Assembly (NCBI RefSeq): GCF_002087085.1
Contig: NZ_MWQY01000003.1
Location: forward strand, 124,001 to 188,000
Direction of reading: 5' to 3'
DNA: 64,000 nucleotides
Shown here: piece by piece, positions 45,238 through 54,997 of the stretch
Position numbering within the stretch: position 1 is the stretch's first letter
How the letters are laid out: each line of letters opens with the position of its first letter
Position numbers and translations under genes: made by a program
The notes under the pieces: model-generated
Database searches by the model: none
Told to the model about the DNA's origin: nothing
The model's input: only the letters and a program-made list of their open reading frames with translations

Positions 45238-45885
45238 TTGGACCGCCGTCGACTATTTTTTGTACTTCTGATTCTGTTACTTCTCATACCGGTTTATTCC
45301 CAGAACTCCGAAATGCCCGGCGATGGCTCTGTAGAAGGTGAAGAGAACGGCAATGCCGAGTATTACCGCAGCGTATACGAGCTGGGTGACCAGGTGTTCA
45401 ACATAACCGCCGGCCTGTTCATTCCCCTCTATTACAGAAGACCCGGAGATTTTTCCACCGCCCCGGCCAACCTGAGCCTTGGAGGAACGGGAAGCATCGA
45501 ATACTCCAGCTTTATCAACTCAAACATGACCCTGGGCCTGAGCCTGAAGGGAATGTTCGCCTATACTCCCAATGACAGGCTTCTCTCCATGTTTCCCATA
45601 ACCGGGAAGCTAACCTATTATATTACGGACTCCTATCCCTTTGAGTTTCCCCTCTACGTTCATGCTGGTCTCTGCATCAGCCGTCTTGAATCCGAGACCT
45701 TCTACGGCCCCACTATCATGCCCGGGGCGGGGGCGACCTGGAACATGAACTCCTCCTGGGGATTCGGAATCAACGCCACCTGGTGGTGGGTACCCATGTG
45801 GTACGGGCCGAGCCACGAGGATACCGCCAAGAGCCGCTTCGGGAACTTCCTGGACATTTCCCTTTCGGCCACCTATCACTTCTGA
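45238..45885 (+). CDS. Small outer-membrane beta-barrel protein (TP0733/OmpW-like)
   Basis: Signal peptide, GDQ.F, about 8 amphipathic strands, terminal SLSATYHF barrel signal; divergent from folD. Confidence 0.75.
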   Translation: MDRRRLFFVLLILLLLIPVYSQNSEMPGDGSVEGEENGNAEYYRSVYELGDQVFNITAGLFIPLYYRRPGDFSTAPANLSLGGTGSIEYSSFINSNMTLGLSLKGMFAYTPNDRLLSMFPITGKLTYYITDSYPFEFPLYVHAGLCISRLESETFYGPTIMPGAGATWNMNSSWGFGINATWWWVPMWYGPSHEDTAKSRFGNFLDISLSATYHF

Positions 45886-45904
45886 CCTGAGGACGCTGAC
45901 AACC

Positions 45905-47008
45905 ATGATGCGAAGTATACGGAAATGCAGAAAGATCATACCCCTTTTTCTTCTGATCCTGATGATTTTTACCTCCTGTACCGACGGAGGGGCCGGGATC
46001 TTCTACTCCATCGAGATAGAAGAGGAGATAAAAAACCGCTCCCTGCCGGACTACCTGACGGCTTTCAGTTATGCCACAACCAGTTCGGACAGTATGTATT
46101 ATCTGGCAGGCGGAGGCCTTTACCGATGGGACTCTTTAACCCCGTCCCAGGAGTGGTCGGATCTGTCCCTGCCCTCGGGCTGGAAATACACCTGGCAGGT
46201 AGCGAGTAACGGTACGGACACCCTCTACGTCATACTGGAAAACAGCGACGGAGACCGTTCAGCCCTGTATTCCTGGGACGGCACTGACTGGCAGAAGCCT
46301 ATTGTAGTCTGGGTAGGACGACCTTACCGGCTGTGGTTTGCTGAAAACGAACTGTACGTTGCCACACAGGAGACCGCCAACGAAACCGACAAGATCTACA
46401 ACTACAGGTTGTATCATGCAGATGATGCTTCCAACCTCTCCTCAGGTTTTTCCCAGGTAACTGTCGGCGGTTCGCCTTTTGTCTCGTCCAATAAGCCCAT
46501 CAGGGATCTGGATGCAATTCCTGCCGGAGACTTCTTCTTTATAACATCAGCGAAGGTCTATAGCGGAACCGACGTTACTTTCAATGAATCGGTTTGGCCG
46601 AATCGTTACCTGCGGAAACTTCACTATTCCCCCCTCCTCTCTTCCCTTTTTCTCTCCGCCGGAAGCCAGTCCATCAACGGTTCCGGCTACGTATACAAGT
46701 GGAACGGAGTAGACGATTGGGATTTTGTTGACTCCGTCGGCGACGACCCCAACGATTTTGAGGATGTCACCTTCGGAGGATCAGACTACCTGCTTATAGG
46801 TACGGAGAATGGCTATTACGAAAGCAGCGATGGTAATAGCTTTACCGGGGAATCCGCCACCATCGAGTCCGCGTCGAAATACGAGATTACCGACCTGTCA
46901 TCCGCGGTTGTTCAGGGACTCTTTGACGGCCCCGGAAACATCTTCTTTGCCATGACCTCCGGCAACGGTCTCTGGAGAAACACCGCCGGTACCTGGTCCA
47001 GGGAATAA
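45905..47008 (+). CDS. Surface lipoprotein, predicted beta-propeller (TP0136-like)
   Basis: Lipobox FTSC, GIFYSIE.E motif, repeated Y.W.G..W blades, terminal GNGLW......WS.E. Confidence 0.6.
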   Translation: MMRSIRKCRKIIPLFLLILMIFTSCTDGGAGIFYSIEIEEEIKNRSLPDYLTAFSYATTSSDSMYYLAGGGLYRWDSLTPSQEWSDLSLPSGWKYTWQVASNGTDTLYVILENSDGDRSALYSWDGTDWQKPIVVWVGRPYRLWFAENELYVATQETANETDKIYNYRLYHADDASNLSSGFSQVTVGGSPFVSSNKPIRDLDAIPAGDFFFITSAKVYSGTDVTFNESVWPNRYLRKLHYSPLLSSLFLSAGSQSINGSGYVYKWNGVDDWDFVDSVGDDPNDFEDVTFGGSDYLLIGTENGYYESSDGNSFTGESATIESASKYEITDLSSAVVQGLFDGPGNIFFAMTSGNGLWRNTAGTWSRE

Positions 47009-47017
47009 AAAGGGGAA

Positions 47018-50000
47018 TCAGGGCGCGGCGTAGAACTCGTCGGCCCCGATATCCGGAAAGGGCCTGATTCCGTGGGCGGGATTGGGCCTTTTTTGTCCCT
47101 CCAGATCCGGCAGCCCGATTCCGCTCTCGATACCCGCATCCACACAGGCCGAGTTTTCCCGTAAACGGTAGCCTTCATCGGCAAAGCTGTCCCCGGGAGC
47201 CTCCCCGATATTTCCGTCTATCCAGCCGCCCAGGGGATCCCCATCGAGACTGTTCAGTGCCGCCGGGTCGGGGACCGGACTTCCGCCGTACTCCGCCGTG
47301 CGGGCCCAGTCTCCGAAGTTGCAGTTTCTGATACTCCAGGCATCGTTCTTTTCTCCCCGCAAGGCGGTTCCGGAAGGTCCCCGGCTGTTGGAAACAATGC
47401 TGTTTGTCATAAACAGCTGGGCGCCGCTGCGGCTTATTATACCGGAGGGACGCTCCCGGGAGGACGAAACCAGCAGACTTGAATGAACCATGCTCAGGCG
47501 TCCGCCTTCCAGATCGATGAGAACCGGCTCCCCCCTGGCGGAAAGCGAAGCTGTACAGTTGAGCAGGTCACTGGATCCTTTCCGTTGACGCAGCATGAAG
47601 CTGAAACCGGCTTTCTCCTCCGTACTTACATTGCAGTGGCGCATCGTCATCTGGCTGTCAGCCAGGACAAGAGCGGTATTACCGTTCTGTCCACCCAGTA
47701 TTATCTGCGTCTCCCGGATTTCCAGCCGGGAAGAGTCAGCACGTACGGCAATCGGCGTCTGGGCACCGACGGCATGTATACTGCCACCGGTAATATGCAC
47801 CTGGCCCCTTACCAGCTGCAGAGCGACGGCAGACCTGCTGCCTGAACCGGAATACAGTTCCGCTCCCCGCAGGCGTATATAGGCATCTTCCCCATTCACA
47901 GAGGCTGTACGGGAGCCCTTTCCGGGCCGTATGGTACTTTCCTGCAGAGTAAGGCTTCCCCCTTTCATACTCACCGCCGTCCAGTCTCCGGAGACATCCT
48001 CGGTAAGCGTGAGAGTAGAACCTTCGATGTTAATACTACCTCCGACGCTCTGGAGTATACCGCGTCGACCTCCGCGATAGATCACGGTATCCGTGATAGT
48101 TATGACGCCTCCCTCCTGACGAAGCAAATAATCAAATACGCTCCCCGCTGTTGTATCGATATCCCGAAGACGAACATCGACCTTCCCGACAGTCATGGGA
48201 AGGCCCGCCCTTCCCCGGGGATCGCTGAAAAGGAACCCCTGAATACTGCAATCACTGTTTATCGCGAGAATCTCCCTTCCCTGAGGAAAGTACTCCCCGC
48301 TTTGTATGGTGCTTCTTCCTTTCGGTTTCCAGTCTTCAGGATCAAGACCGCCGATCAGTTCAAGATCCCCGCTTACAACAAGCGGGCGCTGAACAGTGTA
48401 GCTGCCTTCTGCAATGTAGATGGTACCCATCTTCAGAGAAACAGCCCGTTCAAGGGCCTTCTCCAGGGACCTGAAGGGGCGCAGCCTGGTTCCCTCAAAT
48501 AAATCGTTTCCGCTTTCGGCAACATAAATTATGTCTTGATCCAGCAGTACAGTCCATTCAGCTTCCCTGCTCCGGTTCCCCACCCGGTCAAGGGCAACGG
48601 CCCTGACAATAACGGAGCTTCCTGCTTCTCCCCGGGTATCGAGCTTGATGGTTCCGGTATATTCCCTTCGCGGCTCATCACCGTCAAGACTGTAGAGTAT
48701 CCTGTTACCTCCAGCCTCCAGTTCAATCGTTTTTTCCCGCAAACCGGAAACGCCGGAGCCTCCCTCCACCAAATGAGGAAGTCCGGGTCCAAGACGGTCG
48801 ATGGTAAAATCCAGGTATTCCTCCGCCTGAGGAACCCGGGACTCCCTGGTGGGATACAAACCGGCCCGCAGGAAGAACCTTCGCTCCATTCCGGCGGGCA
48901 CATTCAGAACCATCTCGTCCTCCATGAGAGGAGAATACGGTCCCAGCTCGTCGGCTTCCGAATTGATACCGAGTTCAAAGCGCACAAAGCCCTTATCAGC
49001 GGGAATCACCGGTTCGACTACAAGCCGGCCGGGGTATACACCACCCCTTTCCACTCCCCGAATAAGAGCACTCCCTCCTTCGCCGACGGGAGATTTGAGC
49101 CTCATGGTCCTGACTGCAGTGGTGATCCCCGATTCGCTCTCAAGATAATACTGAACTGAAGAGGTCCCGCCTCCCGGGGATCTATCAAGGCTCAGGGGCG
49201 ATGTATAGACCCTCCAGTCACTCCCTTCCTCAAGACGATAAAACAGCCTTGTACCGGGAGGTACCGGCCAGCTGATCTGTACGGGACCTTCGAAATCGTT
49301 ATAATCCACCAGAGGTTCCTCCGGAGTCAGTACAGGACGCCGGTCGATGGTGATGACTTCACGCGGAGTTTTAAGGGATCTGTTTCCGGCTTCGTCAAAG
49401 CTGCGGTACTCAAGCTGAAACACGGTAAGTGCACCTTCGGTTCCGGAAAGTTCGAGGGGATCCTGGTAGGGAACAAAAGGAATCATCCCTTCCCGGGATA
49501 TATCATCCCCGGTAATAAGGCGGTATTCTATCCCTGCATTCTCAGGGGCCCTGAGCTCGACCCGCAGGGGAGCACTGCTTATCCGGCCCTGGGGAATACC
49601 TGAGCTTGCAGGCTCAGGAGGCGCCAAACGGTCGATTCGCAGATGCAGAGAAGGTTCCATGTCCCTGCGGTTTCCCGCAGCGTCAATCATGCTCAAGGCA
49701 ATGGTAAAGGTCCTTTCCAGACCGTCCTGAAGACTGATCCGGCGTGGTCCGGTGTATTTATCGCCATACAGCAGAGGATCAGATTCGCCGGGAGGAGCGG
49801 ACTCCCCGCCGATTAAAATATATGCGGTCTCATCATCCGGCAGTTCACCAAGGGACAGAACAACATCATCAGCACTGATACCGGATTCGGGTATGCCGAA
49901 AATCTCCGGGATCTCCGGTGCTTTTCTGTCCACAACGAACCTGAGAGTAGTAATGCGTCCCGTACGGCCCCGTTCCGGAAAAACGGGAAGCAGTTTAAGC

Positions 50001-52132
50001 TGATAATAGACCTCGGTGCCCTCTTCAGTTGCAATTGCAAGATCCTGAAGCCGCGGCGAGTTAATGTCCGGGTCCGGCGGTTCCCGGGAATCGGTTCCCA
50101 GGGAATAGACGACGTCCAGGTCATCCTCTTCGCTCCTGAATCCCGGATTGAGAACCGGGTCATTATAAACCCGGCGATCCTCCAGACCCATTATACCGGG
50201 CAGTTCAGGCAGCCTTTTATCAATCCTTAGGTCTGACCGGGCGATATCACTTCTGTTTCCCCATTCATCCTCTGCAAAGGCCCGTATCCGGTACAGCTTC
50301 AGTTGTTCAGCCTCTCCTTTCAGCTCGAAAGACTCCTCGTAAAGGGAGAATTCCTCTTCCCCTTCCTCCTGTCCGGTACCTGCAGTCTGTTGGTTACCCT
50401 CCGGTTCAATCAGGGAATAGAACAGAGTACCGCTTCCGGAAATACGGACCGTCCCGCCTTCCAGGGAAATCGAAGGAACAGGCGGCGGCAGACGATGGAT
50501 CTCCGTCCGGATCTGTACCGGAGCGGAGAGGTTTCCCGCAGCGTCCCTGGAGGCGAAGCGAAAAAACCGCCGGGAGTTCATTCCCCAGGGGGTATGCAGT
50601 TCTTCTCCGGACCAGACCGGAGAAATCCCGGAAATCTCCCGGGTGGAGGACTCATCATCTCCGGATTCAAAAACCACCAGCGCGTCGCCCTTTGCAGCGG
50701 CCTCGATGCGGACCGCCCCGTCCCTTTTCTGTTCTCCCACCATAAGCTCCGGCGGTTCCGGAGGAAGAAGGTCATAGGGAATAAGACGTCCGGAGACCGG
50801 ACCGCTGATTCCCTCTGTTGATACCACCGCCGCTTTTATCATCAGGTTGCCTTCCGTATCGGACAGCGGCGGAGTAAAAGGCCCGCTATAAAGGGGAGAG
50901 CCGGCATCGGGATCGGAACCGTCCAGGGTGTAATGGATTCTGCTCTGGTCGGAGGCCAGTATCGATATTAGCGGGGCTTCGGAATAGGGTGCAGTTCCGG
51001 AAACGCTGATTGAAGGGGCTTCCGGTTTGCGGGTGTCAAAAACGTAGAAGTAACGGTAGTGTGGTGCGGTTTTGTCCCCCGAAGCCTGGAGAAAAAAGCG
51101 CAGGCCGTAATAGTGCACCCCCCCCGGGGGCGCCATCAGGGTCAGCACTCCTTCCATGGAAGGATCATCACCGGTGGGCCTTCTTTCTTCAAAGGTATAA
51201 AAAACAGGATTTGCACTGAAATCGAGGGACTGTCCTTCCCGGTATACGCCTGAATCAGGAAGTCCGGGAAGACTCTCATGGTTTCGGTCTTCCTGTACCG
51301 AAAATTTTACGGTCTTCACCTCTGTAAATGTTCCATCCGGAAGCCTGCCCGCGACTGACAGGGTAAGGTCTCCCCGGGCATCTTCCAGCAGGGTTCCACC
51401 GGAAAAACTCTCTCCCGAGCGTCGGGGATCCCTGCCGTCGGTGGTATAAACGAAGTCGGAAAGTCCTGTGCTTTTAACATAGAGAAACTGCGGATTGCGA
51501 TAGACCCCTTCCGCGGGACTGAGAATATCGAAGGAGTACCTGGATTCCCGGGGCTTTGTACTTACCACATATTCCCACTGGACAAGTCTGCTCAGGTTTC
51601 CTGCTGAATCTCTGGAATACGCGGATACCCTGTACGGCTTTATCCTTGGCTGCAGAACGATATCTTCACCCTGCCAGGTACGGGGTTTTTCTGATATATG
51701 TTCGTCCACGGAATAGAAAATCGCATCCTTCCTGGTGTGAAAAGAAAGGCTCAAAGGTCCCGAATAGGTTCCCGGTTTCGGTTCCATTTCCGGTTCCGGA
51801 GGAATCCGTTTATCTATATGGTATTCGAATACTCTGAGATTTTCGTTTCCATCCTGGACCGGCCGGTCGGAGATCTCGATTCGATACGTTCGCTCCTCCC
51901 CCGGAAGGGCACTGAGACGGAGAGGGAACCTGCAGGGAACAAAATGATCAGGGGAAATACCTGTAAAACGATAGTAAAACCGTGTTTCCCCTGTGTCTTT
52001 AAATTCAAGCAGAACGGACTGATTGTATTCTCCCGGGGGATGCGACAGCTGGACTGACTGCCCGTTCAATTCAGGCAGGGAACAGAAAAACAGCAGGAAG
52101 ACCAGAATGTACAGTTCCCGGGTTTTTTTCAT
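47018..52132 (-). CDS. Large secreted protein: Fn3-associated/chitobiase-C-like repeats plus DUF1565 beta-helix and a choice-of-anchor-Q-like end
   Basis: Signal peptide; repeated YT.DG.DP and D.AGN.S; YV..SGND...GT...PF.SL..AL; YRL...S.CVDAG...PDIGADEF. Confidence 0.8.
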   Translation of the reverse strand: MKKTRELYILVFLLFFCSLPELNGQSVQLSHPPGEYNQSVLLEFKDTGETRFYYRFTGISPDHFVPCRFPLRLSALPGEERTYRIEISDRPVQDGNENLRVFEYHIDKRIPPEPEMEPKPGTYSGPLSLSFHTRKDAIFYSVDEHISEKPRTWQGEDIVLQPRIKPYRVSAYSRDSAGNLSRLVQWEYVVSTKPRESRYSFDILSPAEGVYRNPQFLYVKSTGLSDFVYTTDGRDPRRSGESFSGGTLLEDARGDLTLSVAGRLPDGTFTEVKTVKFSVQEDRNHESLPGLPDSGVYREGQSLDFSANPVFYTFEERRPTGDDPSMEGVLTLMAPPGGVHYYGLRFFLQASGDKTAPHYRYFYVFDTRKPEAPSISVSGTAPYSEAPLISILASDQSRIHYTLDGSDPDAGSPLYSGPFTPPLSDTEGNLMIKAAVVSTEGISGPVSGRLIPYDLLPPEPPELMVGEQKRDGAVRIEAAAKGDALVVFESGDDESSTREISGISPVWSGEELHTPWGMNSRRFFRFASRDAAGNLSAPVQIRTEIHRLPPPVPSISLEGGTVRISGSGTLFYSLIEPEGNQQTAGTGQEEGEEEFSLYEESFELKGEAEQLKLYRIRAFAEDEWGNRSDIARSDLRIDKRLPELPGIMGLEDRRVYNDPVLNPGFRSEEDDLDVVYSLGTDSREPPDPDINSPRLQDLAIATEEGTEVYYQLKLLPVFPERGRTGRITTLRFVVDRKAPEIPEIFGIPESGISADDVVLSLGELPDDETAYILIGGESAPPGESDPLLYGDKYTGPRRISLQDGLERTFTIALSMIDAAGNRRDMEPSLHLRIDRLAPPEPASSGIPQGRISSAPLRVELRAPENAGIEYRLITGDDISREGMIPFVPYQDPLELSGTEGALTVFQLEYRSFDEAGNRSLKTPREVITIDRRPVLTPEEPLVDYNDFEGPVQISWPVPPGTRLFYRLEEGSDWRVYTSPLSLDRSPGGGTSSVQYYLESESGITTAVRTMRLKSPVGEGGSALIRGVERGGVYPGRLVVEPVIPADKGFVRFELGINSEADELGPYSPLMEDEMVLNVPAGMERRFFLRAGLYPTRESRVPQAEEYLDFTIDRLGPGLPHLVEGGSGVSGLREKTIELEAGGNRILYSLDGDEPRREYTGTIKLDTRGEAGSSVIVRAVALDRVGNRSREAEWTVLLDQDIIYVAESGNDLFEGTRLRPFRSLEKALERAVSLKMGTIYIAEGSYTVQRPLVVSGDLELIGGLDPEDWKPKGRSTIQSGEYFPQGREILAINSDCSIQGFLFSDPRGRAGLPMTVGKVDVRLRDIDTTAGSVFDYLLRQEGGVITITDTVIYRGGRRGILQSVGGSINIEGSTLTLTEDVSGDWTAVSMKGGSLTLQESTIRPGKGSRTASVNGEDAYIRLRGAELYSGSGSRSAVALQLVRGQVHITGGSIHAVGAQTPIAVRADSSRLEIRETQIILGGQNGNTALVLADSQMTMRHCNVSTEEKAGFSFMLRQRKGSSDLLNCTASLSARGEPVLIDLEGGRLSMVHSSLLVSSSRERPSGIISRSGAQLFMTNSIVSNSRGPSGTALRGEKNDAWSIRNCNFGDWARTAEYGGSPVPDPAALNSLDGDPLGGWIDGNIGEAPGDSFADEGYRLRENSACVDAGIESGIGLPDLEGQKRPNPAHGIRPFPDIGADEFYAAP

Positions 52133-52746
52133 TCCAGCGCGCTCTCCAGGGCCTCCCGCAGAAGAGGATCGTTACTTCCGGCATAGTAGTAGCGTTCCCT
52201 CTCTTCACTGGTGAGCCCGATCAGCTCGTGACTCGCGTAATGGATCCAGTAGTCCTCCTCGGGAGCATTGATACTCAGCTTGCGACAGTAGTAATCAGGC
52301 TGAAGGGGAAGCCGCTTCTGCTCCGGGATATACTCGAGGATCTTGTAGTCATGAACGGCTATCTTGATGTCTTCCCTGGGAATTCCTTTATCGATGATAA
52401 TTTCAGAAAGATGGTTTATCGTGCGGCCGGAATCGAATATATCGTCCACGAGAAGAACCTTATCCCCGTTTCGCAGATACGATGGATTGTAGGTCCATCC
52501 GTCAACCATAACCCGCTCCTGTTGACGTATATCCGTATATGAGCGGGCGACTACGGCGGCATAGAATACGGGCCTGTCGTTTCTGCGGATAGCTTTAAAA
52601 TATTCACTGATGATATTTCCAAGATAGGCTCCGCCCCGCAGGGATACATAGATTACATCGGGGACAAAACCGTCCTTGTAAATGGAATAGGCCAGCTTTA
52701 TGGAATTGTCCCGCATTGTCTGATATGGCAGAAACTCTTTTTTCAT
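52129..52746 (-). CDS. Type I phosphoribosyltransferase
   Basis: SLRGG and the PRPP motif VLLVDDIFDSGRT. Confidence 0.9.
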   Translation of the reverse strand: MKKEFLPYQTMRDNSIKLAYSIYKDGFVPDVIYVSLRGGAYLGNIISEYFKAIRRNDRPVFYAAVVARSYTDIRQQERVMVDGWTYNPSYLRNGDKVLLVDDIFDSGRTINHLSEIIIDKGIPREDIKIAVHDYKILEYIPEQKRLPLQPDYYCRKLSINAPEEDYWIHYASHELIGLTSEERERYYYAGSNDPLLREALESALE

Positions 52747-52766
52747 GTCCTTTACCGTCTCTTTTT

Positions 52767-54221
52767 TCAGTTCTGTTTCATTGGGCCCATCATGAGCTCC
52801 AGATCTTCACCGCCCCTGTGTACACTTAGAGCAAGCGCCTGGTCTTCCGCCAGTTTCAAGGAGGAGTAGAAGGCATCCAGGGAATCTATCTCTGTCTTCC
52901 CCAGACGGGTAATTACGTCGCCGGATTTAAGACCGGCAGACTCCCCCGGGGTGCCCTTATCCACGGCGAGCACATAGACTCCCCTTTCCGGGATCTTCTC
53001 CATCTCCTCCCGCAGTGCATCGGTAATGGGATAGAGACGCAGTCCGGGCCAGAACTTGTCCGACCTGGCACGAATTGTATCATCATCGGCCCGTTCCTCT
53101 ATGGCCACCGGGATTTCCAGGGACTCACCGTCCCGCAGAATAACAAAATCACTGTTGCGGCTGACCGGCAGATCGCTTACCGCCTGGATCAGGTTGTCGG
53201 CATTTTTAATCCGGCGTCGACCTACGTTCAGAATTATATCTCCGGGACGTATGCCGGCTTTCTCCGCCGGACTGTCGACATAAATATTGGTGACCACCGC
53301 ACCGGAAACATCGTCTTCCTTCATGCTTTCAAGGATATCGTGACTCGTATCGGTAATACTGACACCCAGCCAGCCGTAGGCGACCTGTCCGGTTTCAATA
53401 AGCTGATCAATAACGTTTCTGGCACTGTTGATGGGTATGGCGAAACCAAGACCGATACTGCCGCCGGTAGGGGTCGTTATCCAGGTATTTATACCTATTA
53501 CCCGTCCCTTCAGATCCACCAGGGCACCGCCTGAGTTCCCCTGGTTTATGGACGCATCGGTCTGTATAAAATCACTTATATCCGTAGGCCCGGACCTGTG
53601 CAGCCCGGATATGATTCCCTGGGTAACGGTACCGCTGTACCCGAAGGGGTTGCCGAGGGCGACAACAAGGTCGCCTATTCGCAGGGAATCGGAGTCCCCA
53701 AGGCGTGCCTCCTGAATATCCACTCCAGGCGCCGAAAATGAAACCAGAGCCAGGTCCCTCCGGGGGTCCTTTCCTATCAGGTCTGCAGGATAGATTCTGC
53801 CGTTGTGCAGGGTTATGCTTACCTCGTCAGCCTCACCCACCACATGATTATTGGTTACAACGTAGTAGGTATCCCCATTACGACGGACAATAACCCCCGA
53901 CCCCAGACCCTGGGTACGAAACTCCCGTTCTTCCGACTCTCCTTCGCCGTCGGGGTCCGGGAAGAAAAAGTCCCAGCCATCGAGATCAGGGACTTCCTGG
54001 GAGAAGATGTCCACAGTATTTACCTGCACCACAACTGGAAGGGTTTTGTCTGCGATGTCACGAAAATTCTTCTGGATCGTAAGAGAGGTCAATCCCGCAC
54101 AGCCTGAAATCAGGAATACAAGAGCAATAAGAAAAAACAGCATCATTTGCTTTGGTCGAATTGTCATTATTTTTCTCCCAGCCGCAGCGGGCTCCTTTCT
54201 ATTGTCGAACAGGTGATGCAT
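52767..54221 (-). CDS. htrA: HtrA/DegP (Do) serine protease, lipoprotein with 2 PDZ domains (true start probably ~54167 or 54146)
   Basis: GLGSGVI, TNNHVV, DLA, QTDASINQGNSGG. Confidence 0.93.
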   Translation of the reverse strand: MHHLFDNRKEPAAAGRKIMTIRPKQMMLFFLIALVFLISGCAGLTSLTIQKNFRDIADKTLPVVVQVNTVDIFSQEVPDLDGWDFFFPDPDGEGESEEREFRTQGLGSGVIVRRNGDTYYVVTNNHVVGEADEVSITLHNGRIYPADLIGKDPRRDLALVSFSAPGVDIQEARLGDSDSLRIGDLVVALGNPFGYSGTVTQGIISGLHRSGPTDISDFIQTDASINQGNSGGALVDLKGRVIGINTWITTPTGGSIGLGFAIPINSARNVIDQLIETGQVAYGWLGVSITDTSHDILESMKEDDVSGAVVTNIYVDSPAEKAGIRPGDIILNVGRRRIKNADNLIQAVSDLPVSRNSDFVILRDGESLEIPVAIEERADDDTIRARSDKFWPGLRLYPITDALREEMEKIPERGVYVLAVDKGTPGESAGLKSGDVITRLGKTEIDSLDAFYSSLKLAEDQALALSVHRGGEDLELMMGPMKQN

Positions 54222-54225
54222 AATC

Positions 54226-54978
54226 TCAAGTCCGCGGACGGGTCAGTATTTCCGTTCCATCCTCGAGGATGGCAACGGTATGTTCAAAATGGGCCGAGGG
54301 TTTGCGGTCTGCGGTTACCACGGTCCAATCATCATCCAGAATAACGACCTCATGAGTTCCCTGGTTGATCATGGGTTCCAGGGCAATGACCATTCCCGGT
54401 TTTAAACGGGGATTCGGCCCTCTGCCAACGTAATTCGGAACCTGAGGTTCCTCGTGAAGTTCAATACCCGTTCCATGACCGCAGAAGTCCCGCACTACCC
54501 CGTATCCTGCTGAATCGGCATGTTCGAATACTGCCCGTGAAATATCCTTTATCCGGTTCCCCGCTACTGCTTTACTTATCGCGATATCGAGACACTCCCG
54601 GGTTATATCCATGAGCTTCTGCTTCTTTTGATCAATTCTCCCCACCGGCAGCGTCAGAGCCCGGTCACTGTAGTATCCGGAAAGATTGATGCCCATATCA
54701 ATACTGATAATGTCCCCTTCCTTTAGTTTTGTACCGTTGGGTATACCATGTATAACTACTTCATTTACGGAGGCACAGATGCTGGCCGGGTATCCCATGT
54801 ATCCCAGAAAGGCGGGTTCTCCGCCGCCATCACGGATTGCCTTTTCCGCGGCTTCATCGAGTTCCTTTGTACTGATTCCCGGTACAACAAGGGGTTCCAG
54901 GAGATCAAAAACCTCAGCCAGAAGACGACAGGATCGTCGTATTCCTTCCAGCTGGGTCCGGTTTTTCAAACGTATCAT
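54226..54978 (-). CDS. map: Methionine aminopeptidase type I
   Basis: C.SVNE..IHGIP, GHG.G..LHEEP, EPMIN, SAHFEHT. Confidence 0.97.
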   Translation of the reverse strand: MIRLKNRTQLEGIRRSCRLLAEVFDLLEPLVVPGISTKELDEAAEKAIRDGGGEPAFLGYMGYPASICASVNEVVIHGIPNGTKLKEGDIISIDMGINLSGYYSDRALTLPVGRIDQKKQKLMDITRECLDIAISKAVAGNRIKDISRAVFEHADSAGYGVVRDFCGHGTGIELHEEPQVPNYVGRGPNPRLKPGMVIALEPMINQGTHEVVILDDDWTVVTADRKPSAHFEHTVAILEDGTEILTRPRT

Positions 54979-54997
54979 ATATACTCCTCAGTGTGTT

